In this document: in pieces, positions 54,760-64,000 of the stretch
How positions within the stretch are numbered: the first letter of the stretch is position 1
Layout: the number at the start of each line of letters is the position of its first letter
Assembly (NCBI GenBank): GCA_001661245.1
Contig: KV454013.1
Span: 714,502 to 778,501, forward strand
From: Pachysolen tannophilus NRRL Y-2460
Taxonomy: Eukaryota
DNA length: 64,000 nt
Direction of reading: 5' to 3'
The notes under the pieces: model-generated
Seen by the model: only the letters and a program-made list of their open reading frames with translations
Database searches by the model: none
Told to the model about the DNA's origin: nothing
Program-made: the position numbers and the translations under genes

Positions 54760-57754
54760 TTAATAGCCTTCACATAATGCAATCAATTTTTCAATTGAAG
54801 CTAAATGCTTACCATTATAACTATTAGTTGTATTTAACTTTCTTAGGTACTGTCTAATTTTGGTAACCAAGATCTGCTTGTCTGTACCTTCATTGACTCC
54901 AATTAATTTTTGAATGACATAGTTGGCAAAAGGATCTTTAACCATTAAGGCTAAAGAAGAATTATCATCAACGTCTTCATTATTGATATCATTGTTGTTC
55001 TCTAAAACTTTTGCTAAAATGAGTTTTCTGTTATCAGGAGATCCAAAGACAATCGACTTTTCAACAACATTTGAAGCAAACTTATGTTTAGAAAACTGTA
55101 ACAAATCATCAATGATCAATTTTGTGATACTATCTTTATCTTCTGGTTTACCATGTTCTAAGATAAATTGAGAAACATAATTACCAAATTGATGTAAAAT
55201 TAAAACTTTCGAATAATTCTTCAATGAATACAAAATAAAGTCTGAATCTTCTGGACGACCAAATTCTAACATCTTCTGAACAACTCTACAACCGTAAGCA
55301 TTTGTAGATAAATGATACAAGTGAGGTTTCATCGCTTCAAATATAAATGATATATGTTCAATTGGTGTTTTTTCAATAGCAATCTGGATAACATGATTAC
55401 CATTTGAATCTTTACAACAACGAATAACATCAGCAGGATTCGACAACTCTTTTATGAGTTCACATTGCTCGTCAATGTTGATAAACTCTATAGCACGTTG
55501 AACAACACGACATCCGTACATCTGTAATGATAAGTCAAGAAGGTGACCCTCCATAGCTTCCAATAAAATTTTCTTTTGAACTTCACTACCAAATTCAAAA
55601 TATTTTTGAATAACATAATTACCGAAGACATCAGTCATTAACTCGAAAGCAATCTCTCTTATTTCATTGAAAATAACTTCTTTTTCTTCTAAAGTTGAGC
55701 CACTTTCAAGCTGAGCTTGAATAAAACGAGATCCGTGTTGATCTTTACTGAATTCAATTCCATGTCCATAAATATCGGATAATTTGTAATTTTTTGGATC
55801 ACTATTTCTAAATTCTTCTAAAAGCGGAGATCTTTGAATATAAGCAGGCAAAGGCCCATTTTTGGAACGAGGCGGTCTGATTCCATTACCATTGTTATGT
55901 GATGGAGAGGTTGCCTTATTATTGTAACCTCTTGCTGTAATTTTTCCATTATTATGGTTGTTATTTAAACCATTCTGTGGGAATTGAGGAGGAGAAGGAG
56001 TACCTTTTCCTTGTACTATATTGGATCCCAGTGGGAACATTGGTGAAGATTCATTTGGAAGACCTGATATATTAATTGAGGGTTGTTGTTGTGGTTGTTG
56101 TTGTTGATGATGATTATTCAACGAGATAGTTTCATCACCAGCTAACAGTACTTGTGGTGTTCCTTGCGGTGACCGCAAAGTTGGTGAAGCCGCAAAAGCC
56201 ATAGATGGAAGGATTCCATATGGATTAAAAGGTGGCACTAAATATGGTGACAATGATCTATCAATCAACCCAATACCAGGAACGTGAGAAGAGTTAGAAT
56301 TCAAGCCTTGAAACCCATTTGAAAAATTGGTACCATTTGAGTTATTCACACCATTAGAACCATTTGCCTTATTTCCATTAGATTTGACCTCATTAGAATT
56401 TTCGAGAGCAGTAGCAGATTTATCTTTTCTAGCTTCATTTACAAGTGATTGATTAACATCATTTCTTCTTTCAGGTAATACTTCTTGTTGATTCAAATCT
56501 TGAGATGGCATACCAAAAGGTGGAAACATACCTGGTGAAGGTGGATATTGAAAGCCAAATTGACATAGCTGAGCATTATAAATTCCTTGGTATTGTTGAG
56601 GTAAAAATTGAAACTGTGGAGGTTGTTGCAGAAAACCTTGACCTGAAGGTTGGAAAGTCGAGGCAGATGCTGGATTCCAAATATTGTGTTTCATCGAAGC
56701 CGCCGCTGTTGGCTGATCACCATTTTCAGAAGCAAGAACAGCACTATTATGTTCCGATGAAAATGACATTCTATGCTGTTGCTGCTGTTGATAACTATCG
56801 ATCCTATCACTGACTGATTGATGCCTTGAGTTAACATTTGTGATTGACTCATGAATGGAATTAGGAGAAGTTGAGCCTAAAGCATTAACAAACTCCAGCG
56901 GAGGCAAATCCCCATTAATACCACTAGGTCTTCTTGAACTTCTTGCACTTTGTTGGTACTGTTGATTTTCAGAAGTAGTCTTTGTCAACGAGAGTTGTTG
57001 TAAATCTGATTCTAAATCTCTTGTTCTCTGTGCAACAGAGCCAAATTTATCCAAGAAATTAGTTGGAGAATTATCTTTGTGAGCAGATGCGGAACCCGTA
57101 TGGCCGTTACCACCACCACCACCACTACCGGCAGCAGCGGCGGCGGCAGCGCCACTATTATGAGATAGATAAACTGGACTCTTGGTGATGACATGACCTG
57201 CAATAGATGCAGAACCAAACATATTTGAAGGTTGAAACCTAGCGCTTGCTGTCGCTGTCAAGTTATTGTTATATGTACCCAACGGAGCACTAATAGCTGA
57301 TAACGCTTCCTTATTTAAACTGCTAAAAGGATTGGAACTTTCAGTATCGGCATCGCTATTAGCATAAAATGAATCTCTTCTTAAAACCCCACTGTTACTA
57401 TTTCCTCCTGCCAAAGAGGACTGTTTTAACTGGTTGGGACTAGGAGTGGCAGCAGTGGCGCTTAATGACGACATAATACTAGCAACTTCAGGGTCGATTT
57501 TATCAAATTCTAATTTAGAAGAAGACAGCTGCTGGTCTGTTTTATTATGTAAAGAAGTCAAAGGCATCGTATGCTTTGCGTTATTCCAAACAGAAGTTGT
57601 ACCAACTGCTGATGGGTGAAACTTACTTCCTCCTTCTTCTGTAACTAATCTCAAAAAATCTTGTCAGTATTAACTAAAAATTTATAAGCTTTTAAAAGCG
57701 TTTTTTTCAAAACCAGTTCCCAAAATACTAACCTGACAAATTTTCAAAATCCAT
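54760..57754 (-). CDS. PUF3: Pumilio-family RNA-binding protein Puf3; exons 57754-57733 and 57644-54760
   Basis: Motifs RSPLLEEFR, DQHGSRFIQ, DVFGNYVIQ, YGCRVVQ, KFASNVVEK, D.FANYVIQ and KHLASIEKL. The ORF-track start is not an ATG; a short upstream exon (MDFENLS) supplies one. Confidence 0.9.
57645..57732 (-). other. Spliceosomal intron of PUF3 (88 nt)
   Basis: 5' GTTAGT, branch TACTGAC and 3' TAG; the phase-1 join G|TT keeps the frame. Confidence 0.72.
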
Positions 57755-58509
57755 GAAACTTTAAATAATACTAAACAGTTATTTTCTCTAGTCAAAGTTA
57801 TTGAAGACCTTATTAAAGGAAAAAAAAAAACAAAAAAAAACAACAAAAATAAAATTTTAATTTTAAAAAATAAGAGATATATATATATACAGGGTTAAAT
57901 CTCGAGGGGAAAAAAAAAATACAAGGGAAAGAAATTTAAACTATTAACAAGTGAATGGATATACTATATTATTTTTTTTTCTTTCTTTTGATTCTATTCT
58001 ATTTTGTATTCTGATAATAAATATATATTTAAATAAATCAATATATATAAAATATATATTATTTAATTTATTTCTGTTGATTTCGATATTTTTTACGTTT
58101 TTACGGTTTTCCAGTTTTGTAAATCTCTCGCCAAAAGAAAAAGTTTAAAAAAAAAAAAAGAAATCCAATTTTTGAAAAAGGCTAAAAAAATTAGAAATAT
58201 TAAATTACAAGACAAAATAGTTCAGTTTTGAGTTCGATTAGATACAAATAAAACTATTTCAGCAACAGCGCTTCAGTAATACCGTTTTACTACTAAGTTT
58301 GATTATCTGTTTTGTTCAATTTGTTTTTGCATAGAAAGTATTCTTATCTAAATTTCAGTATTAAATGTTTAAATAGCTTATATTTATATATATATATACA
58401 GATATATGGTAGTGTATTGGAAACCCCAAGTTTCCTAAAGCAGTAGTTGAATATCACACATGTGATAAATTCTTAAATTTTGTTGTGTTGCCAAAGATTT
58501 TTTTTAAAT

Positions 58510-59802
58510 TTAAAAAGTTTCGACATGGGTCAAGGGCATGTTTTCATTATTGTACCAGTGTCTGCCGTTGAGGTTTCTTACACACCGTTCAGCGTCATCT
58601 ATGTTTGTGAAGACAACTAGCCAATAGTTGAAATTCATCAAATCGTTTTTTAACAATAATTGTATAGCTTCTTCTTCAATTGGGTATAAATCATAGTTCC
58701 AAAAAAAATCATGTAATTCTTCGCTTGTTACATGTTTTGGGAGGTTCAGTAACAAGACACAATTTGATCTTTTGATTTCAAAATTAACTTTATCTTGCTC
58801 ATGCAATGGGATATGATCAGCTAAAGGCATACTATTTAAATTTGATGAAATTTTTCCAATTCCTTGACCTGATTCTAATTCTGTATTTTCCTGTAATGAA
58901 TCATGCTTTTTTTGTTGTTTCAATAATTGTTCTTTTTTATTTTTGTGGAATTTAATAAAACTAGCAAATTCATTTTTATTTTTATCAACACTATCCAATT
59001 CTTTTAAATTCAAAAATTGAGATATCTCAAGATTTTTCAACAATGGGGTTTGGAAAAATTCAAATTCTTGGTTTAAATCTGCAAATGAAAAAGTCACATC
59101 TGTACCATTCAATTGTCTTCCTAAAGTTTCTAGCCAATAAACTGCTGCTTCTTCAAAACTAGCGAAAATCAAATAAAAATACCCATTAGATAATAAATTT
59201 TTAGGATGCCTTCCTTTTACAAAATCAAAACTTAAACAATGTTTTTGTCCAATATCATAAACTCTTTCTTCCCTCATTGGATATATTCTCTTGAAATCAG
59301 AATGCTCCAATAATGAATCCCGACTTTTAAATTTCAAAATATTGGATTTGAATCTCGTCAAATTAGAACGAGGCAAATTTTTAGGCGCTTCCTTAATATC
59401 CAACAACTCAGAACTAAGACTGCTGCTATCTTTATAATCCAAACTGGTTGAATCTAAATTATCCATCAAAAATTTTGATAATTTAGGAACTTGATCTTCA
59501 ACATCTTTAGCTGCTGACTTGAATAACAATTTAAGCAATTTATCTTCCTCTCGCAAATTACTAGGATTATTTCTTGTAAATTTTGGTGAATTCCCTAAAT
59601 GACTATTATTATGCACCAGTCTGGGTCCATCATGAGTTTGAGTCTCTTCTTCTTTTTCTTTTTTGATATTATAGGCGGTTAGTGATGACCTCACACTAGT
59701 CTTCAAAGCAGTAGAAAACCACGCTTTTCCATTATAACATAAACCCACACCTTGTCTTATGTGCTTCCCTACCAATAGGTTTCCAACCAGTATCTGAACC
59801 AT
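58510..59802 (-). CDS. PET54: Mitochondrial RRM-like translational activator, Pet54-like
   Basis: Segments KGRHPK..GYFYLIF, VLLLNLP...FFWNY and F....DA....RN.NG resemble Pet54 as recalled; close to HSV2 (YGR222W/YGR223C are neighbours). Start at ATG 59802 preferred over 59883. Confidence 0.65.
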   Translation of the reverse strand: MVQILVGNLLVGKHIRQGVGLCYNGKAWFSTALKTSVRSSLTAYNIKKEKEEETQTHDGPRLVHNNSHLGNSPKFTRNNPSNLREEDKLLKLLFKSAAKDVEDQVPKLSKFLMDNLDSTSLDYKDSSSLSSELLDIKEAPKNLPRSNLTRFKSNILKFKSRDSLLEHSDFKRIYPMREERVYDIGQKHCLSFDFVKGRHPKNLLSNGYFYLIFASFEEAAVYWLETLGRQLNGTDVTFSFADLNQEFEFFQTPLLKNLEISQFLNLKELDSVDKNKNEFASFIKFHKNKKEQLLKQQKKHDSLQENTELESGQGIGKISSNLNSMPLADHIPLHEQDKVNFEIKRSNCVLLLNLPKHVTSEELHDFFWNYDLYPIEEEAIQLLLKNDLMNFNYWLVVFTNIDDAERCVRNLNGRHWYNNENMPLTHVETF

Positions 59803-60287
59803 AATTACAAACAAACAAAACCCCACACTGTTTAAACACACTATATACAAATATACAATATTAATACACTTAACTTCTTTCATACCTTTGGAAAACTCTT
59901 ATATACAAAAAATGGGTTTGGTTTTTTATCTTAAATTCACACGACAAAACGATCAAAGGTAATGTTAAATACCAATATCAAGATGAAAAGTACCAAACTT
60001 GAAGACAAGATCTTTGGTGATGGGACATGTTCTCAGAAAGTTGAAATAAACTTATTTCCAAAGTAGATAGATATGTACTTTTGTGTTTTATGATTTTTTA
60101 AACTTTTCTGTTATTTAGTTGACTTTCAGCTTAGTTTTGCGGTTTTCACCTCTTTTATCAAGTAAGTCTTATCGGCCAAAAAAAGGTGCATAAGTTCTTA
60201 TAAAATGCCTAAATATCTTTTAATTGTGTAAAGAATTCAATTAAAATTTTTTTAATATAAATTAAAAATTTCATATAACAATTAAGA

Positions 60288-60671
60288 ATGCCAGCGGAGA
60301 AAGTAACTTGGGAACAAATTGGTGAAAAAAATGGATTTGCCTTGATTTCACCGGCTTATAAATCTAATGGACATGTTTTCACCTCAGGTTGTGTTGGTAC
60401 TGACCCTAAGACCGGTGAACTTCCAACAGACGTTACTGAACAAACTGAAAATGCCATCAAAAATTTGAAAATAGTTTTGGAAACTTCGCAATCATCTTTG
60501 GACAAAGTTTTAAAAGTCTTATTATTTATTTCGAATCTGGAAGATGCTCCAAAAATTAACGCAGTTTATGCAAAATATTTCACCAGTAAACCTGCAAGAT
60601 CATGTGTTATTGTTGCTTTCCCAAATTCGTCTTTAAAAGTTGAATTGGAGTGTGTAGCTGAATATGACTGA
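60288..60671 (+). CDS. RidA/YjgF/UK114-family enamine deaminase
   Basis: Motifs VFTSGCVG, EQT..A..NL..VL, PARSCV (catalytic Arg) and VELEC. Confidence 0.92.
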   Translation: MPAEKVTWEQIGEKNGFALISPAYKSNGHVFTSGCVGTDPKTGELPTDVTEQTENAIKNLKIVLETSQSSLDKVLKVLLFISNLEDAPKINAVYAKYFTSKPARSCVIVAFPNSSLKVELECVAEYD

Positions 60672-60789
60672 TTCAATAATATATATATATATATATATAT
60701 TCATTTATTTGAATTGATCATTTTGATCAACTAGATACATATACAGTTTTAAGTAAACTATAAATTTTTTTTTTATTACAAGTTTTCGT

Positions 60790-62049
60790 CTATTTCAAAT
60801 CTCCAAAACTTCTCCATCCTTCCCTAATAATTTCCCAATTTTTCTCAACTTCGCCATTTTTACCTATAACTTCGTCTTTCTCATCAATAACATATTTTTC
60901 CCATTTACCTTTGAATTTCCAAATAATAATAATACTGTTTTGATCAGACCAACCTAATACACCTTCATCGTTTATGGTATCATCTAATTTATTGTTACCA
61001 GGACCTACGGCATTTGTTTCATTTAAATGAATTGAGCAAAAAGACCACTTGGATTTAAAATATGAAGGTAATAAAAATGGGACACTGTGTAAAATATGCT
61101 GTCTGTTATTATTAACATTATTCAAACTGTAAACATGTAAAGTATTCTTGTCCGATAATACTGCTAGTTTCGAGCTATTTGGTGAAAAAGACATTGATGT
61201 AATGATTACTTTATCAATACCTCTTCTGAATTCGTATATTAAATTACACGTAGTAGTCGAATGAATTCTTATAATGGTACCTGTGTCAGAGGCAGAAGCA
61301 ATCATAGTACCTGATCTGTTCAATGCAAGACATCTTATCCTAGATTTGTGTGCTTTTATTATAGAAACCAAATTTCTTTCCTGTCCCAATGGTGATACAT
61401 CTACTAATTGAATTTGACCAATCGACCTACCAGGAAATGCTAAAATTTGTAATGTATGCAGATCATCTCCATTATTAGAAATATGATGATGAATGTGATT
61501 ATTACGAGCCTTATTACTAATATCGCCATCGTTAAAATTACGATGAGAATTAGACATGATGATTCCTGAACTCAATTCACAAATCCCATGTTCATTGTCG
61601 TAGGACTCATAACTGCAAAGTAACTTAGGTGGAGAGCTAAAAATGTATACATATACTTGATTTTTCAAAACACCAATTATTCTAATTCTCGATAACAATA
61701 CTTTTAAGACGGGAGAATTAAATTCCAATACCAAAGAAGCTTTTTTCTTCAAATCATCCCATATTATTATTTTGCTGATGGGAAATTTAGGTGATTTGCC
61801 TCCTCCAACTAAAGACAAATAGTTTGTTCTGTGCAACATAGAAATATACCCTATACCTGAGTTACCGCTGCCACCATTTTCGGCAGCAAAATTTTTCTGC
61901 ACCCTCAATTCCATAGGATCAGTATTATATATGGCAAACCCATTTTCGTGGCATATGGCAAAACATCCTTGGTCTTGGTTGAAAGAAGCATTTAAAAGTT
62001 TTGGTTCTTTTGTTGTTTGATTATTCAGTATCGGTTTATGTGTATTCAT
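60790..62049 (-). CDS. HSV2: PROPPIN (phosphoinositide-binding beta-propeller) Hsv2
   Basis: Motifs FNQDQGCF, MLHRTNY..LVGGG, IKAH, GTIIRI and EFRRG; C-terminal REGWR. Confidence 0.9.
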   Translation of the reverse strand: MNTHKPILNNQTTKEPKLLNASFNQDQGCFAICHENGFAIYNTDPMELRVQKNFAAENGGSGNSGIGYISMLHRTNYLSLVGGGKSPKFPISKIIIWDDLKKKASLVLEFNSPVLKVLLSRIRIIGVLKNQVYVYIFSSPPKLLCSYESYDNEHGICELSSGIIMSNSHRNFNDGDISNKARNNHIHHHISNNGDDLHTLQILAFPGRSIGQIQLVDVSPLGQERNLVSIIKAHKSRIRCLALNRSGTMIASASDTGTIIRIHSTTTCNLIYEFRRGIDKVIITSMSFSPNSSKLAVLSDKNTLHVYSLNNVNNNRQHILHSVPFLLPSYFKSKWSFCSIHLNETNAVGPGNNKLDDTINDEGVLGWSDQNSIIIIWKFKGKWEKYVIDEKDEVIGKNGEVEKNWEIIREGWRSFGDLK

Positions 62050-62555
62050 TTCATCAAAGAAAAAAGGAGAAAAAAAGGTAACAAAAAAAAAAAAAAAGAA
62101 ACTCCTGTCTTTATCTCTTCTTGAGTTTCAAGTTCTTCCTTCTTTTGAATATTTCCTTATAACTCGAAAAATGTATTATTATAAAATGTTTCTGTTATGT
62201 TTTTGTTTTGTTTTCAAAATAAAATAAAAAGTAGTTTGACTCCACACTTCACGTAATAATCAAAAACTAAATATTCATGAAGTAACAACAGCAATACACT
62301 CTAGATAGCAATGGACAGAATCTTTTTATTATCCAAATGATACTCTAGCAAATAAAACATATCTGGATTTTTAGAAAAAGCATTATTTATTTAAGATAAA
62401 GACAGTAGCAGAAAACAAATTTACCTTAGTTTTAAGAAAAATTACACCACGCGAAGAGTTAAAAAAGATGCCAAAAAATAAAAACAAAAAAAATTCATTT
62501 AATTATACAAATGATGAATTATTAAAGCCATATTCTATGTAGAAATTATGATTGA

Positions 62556-64000
62556 CTAGTCACTTTCAATTACCATCACTTCTCCGTCATCGCCGTCATC
62601 ATCGCTTGAATCCTCACCTCTTTTTAAATCATTTACTATGAAATCGATATCACTAGTCACTTTAACGTCTAAGTTATTGCTATTATTACCGCCTGTACTT
62701 TTATTATTTAAATTGAAATTTTTCATCCTGTTTATCGGTGTATTTACCAATTGGTTTGATTTCACGGATTTAGTTTTGAATAACGATGAATTTTTGAAAT
62801 ATCTGCTGACCAGTTCTTCAGATTTGAGTAAAAATTCTTCATTACGTTCACTTGAAATATTTTCTTCTAATGCTTTTTTTAACAAATCTGTTGCAACAGG
62901 ATCATTGGGCTGAATCGATAGGGCAACATGTAATGTCTCGATTGCTTTGTTGATTTCATTTCTTTTTAAATGAACTAAACCTATAGCTGAATAAATATTT
63001 GAATCTTTAGAAGATATTTTTAAGACTTGATTAAAACTTTGTAACGATTTATCATATAACCGTAATCTTCTATAGACATGTCCCAAATTAGCGTGAATTG
63101 ATAACCAAGCTTTTGAGTCTGAATTTAAATCTTTAGCTCTTTCTAAAGCATCTTGGAAAAACTGTTCTGCTTGATTTAAATTGTTTTTATGGTACTGTAT
63201 CACACCCATTTCATTTAGCAATAATGGATCTGTAGGACATATTGAATATGAATAATTCAAATATTCTTCTGCCAAAGTTATATTATTCATTTGTAAATAT
63301 TGCATACCTAAAAATAAATTTGGTAAATGAGTCCCTGGGAATAATCTTGATGCTGTAGCGTAGGCACTTATAGCTTGTTCATGTTCTCCTTCAGCAGCAA
63401 ATGTATGTGCAAATCCAATCCATGCTTGACCAAAATTTGGATTTAATAATGAAGCTTTAGAGAAAAATCTTCTTGCTTCTGAAATTCTATTTATTGAAAG
63501 ATAATATATTCCAACTGCTAACCAAGTAACATGATTATTAGGATGATTTTCTGCTAATCTATGAGCAACTAAAAATAATTTATTTTTACCACCTAATTCA
63601 TGAAGACAACTAAGATAATTTGGTAAAACGGTAAAATTAAATTCATCTTTTTCCAAAATTTTTTCACATATTTCTAAACATTGTTGAAATCTACATTGAA
63701 CAAATAATAAATCTGCTCTGCTTAATAATATATCACTATTTTCTCCCAAAGTATATTCTTCTTTTAACCTTGAATCAGCTTCTTCATAAGCTTTAATGTT
63801 AATATACTTATTCAATCTTGTTGTATATAACAATTTAACCAATTCATTATTATTATCGGCATCATCAAAGTTTAACATTGATAACAATTCCCATTCTTCC
63901 TTTGGTGTCATTAAATTATTTTTAATTAATTCATCAAATGCTTCAAAACATTTTACATCTACCAAGACTGCTTCTTTATAACATTCTTCAGCTCTATCAA
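62556..64000 (-). CDS. CDC16: APC/C TPR subunit Cdc16 (partial; 5' end lies beyond the window)
   Basis: Motifs DVKCFEAF, ARRFFSKA, AWIGFAHTFAAEGEHEQAISAY and NLGH; the frame stays open to the window edge. Confidence 0.93.
   Translation of the reverse strand, partial: DRAEECYKEAVLVDVKCFEAFDELIKNNLMTPKEEWELLSMLNFDDADNNNELVKLLYTTRLNKYINIKAYEEADSRLKEEYTLGENSDILLSRADLLFVQCRFQQCLEICEKILEKDEFNFTVLPNYLSCLHELGGKNKLFLVAHRLAENHPNNHVTWLAVGIYYLSINRISEARRFFSKASLLNPNFGQAWIGFAHTFAAEGEHEQAISAYATASRLFPGTHLPNLFLGMQYLQMNNITLAEEYLNYSYSICPTDPLLLNEMGVIQYHKNNLNQAEQFFQDALERAKDLNSDSKAWLSIHANLGHVYRRLRLYDKSLQSFNQVLKISSKDSNIYSAIGLVHLKRNEINKAIETLHVALSIQPNDPVATDLLKKALEENISSERNEEFLLKSEELVSRYFKNSSLFKTKSVKSNQLVNTPINRMKNFNLNNKSTGGNNSNNLDVKVTSDIDFIVNDLKRGEDSSDDDGDDGEVMVIESD

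Noticed and set aside
58393..58401. Puf3 element (UGUAUAUA) in the PET54 3' region next to PUF3
   Set aside because: It lies at the edge of a (TA)n run that generates the motif by chance, so it is not supportable alone.
1..64000. CRISPR arrays, prokaryotic defence systems, intact transposons or a point centromere
   Set aside because: The sequence is eukaryotic nuclear DNA. I saw no spaced direct-repeat array, no transposase, RT or integrase ORF, and no CDEI-CDEII-CDEIII arrangement (the TCACGTG at 41924 sits in a promoter).

Overview
A gene-dense, very AT-rich segment of a budding-yeast (Saccharomycotina) nuclear genome from a draft assembly, with two N-gaps that are each flanked by a duplicated contig end. 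It holds about 28 protein-coding genes. In order: GAA1, a SOA1/Dal5-type MFS transporter, ALT1, XDJ1, YND1, IST3, PAC2, TMA20, GCD11, DRS1, SYS1, CYR1, MPH1, CDC20, an SDD3-like M16 peptidase, a membrane cyclophilin, ALG12, ZNG1, a small HSP, UTP8, a VSB1-like SulP, a truncated Sec3-like gene, RSA1, PUF3, PET54, a RidA-family gene, HSV2 and a partial CDC16. There is also one tRNA-Arg(CCU) and two spliceosomal introns. The main result is that in-frame CTG codons fall at positions that are Ala, not Leu, in homologues. This indicates the CUG=Ala genetic code (Pachysolen/Nakazawaea/Peterozyma-type yeast), so the supplied ORF translations are probably wrong at CTG. Other observations: many genes are orthologues of centromere-linked S. 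cerevisiae genes; an ACACGAC motif recurs in promoters; the Sec3-like gene lacks the C-terminal half; DRS1 is broken by a frameshift at an A-run; and several clear cis-elements are visible (Mcm1-Fkh at CDC20, a step-type HSE array at the sHSP gene). All orthology calls come from recalled motifs, not database searches.
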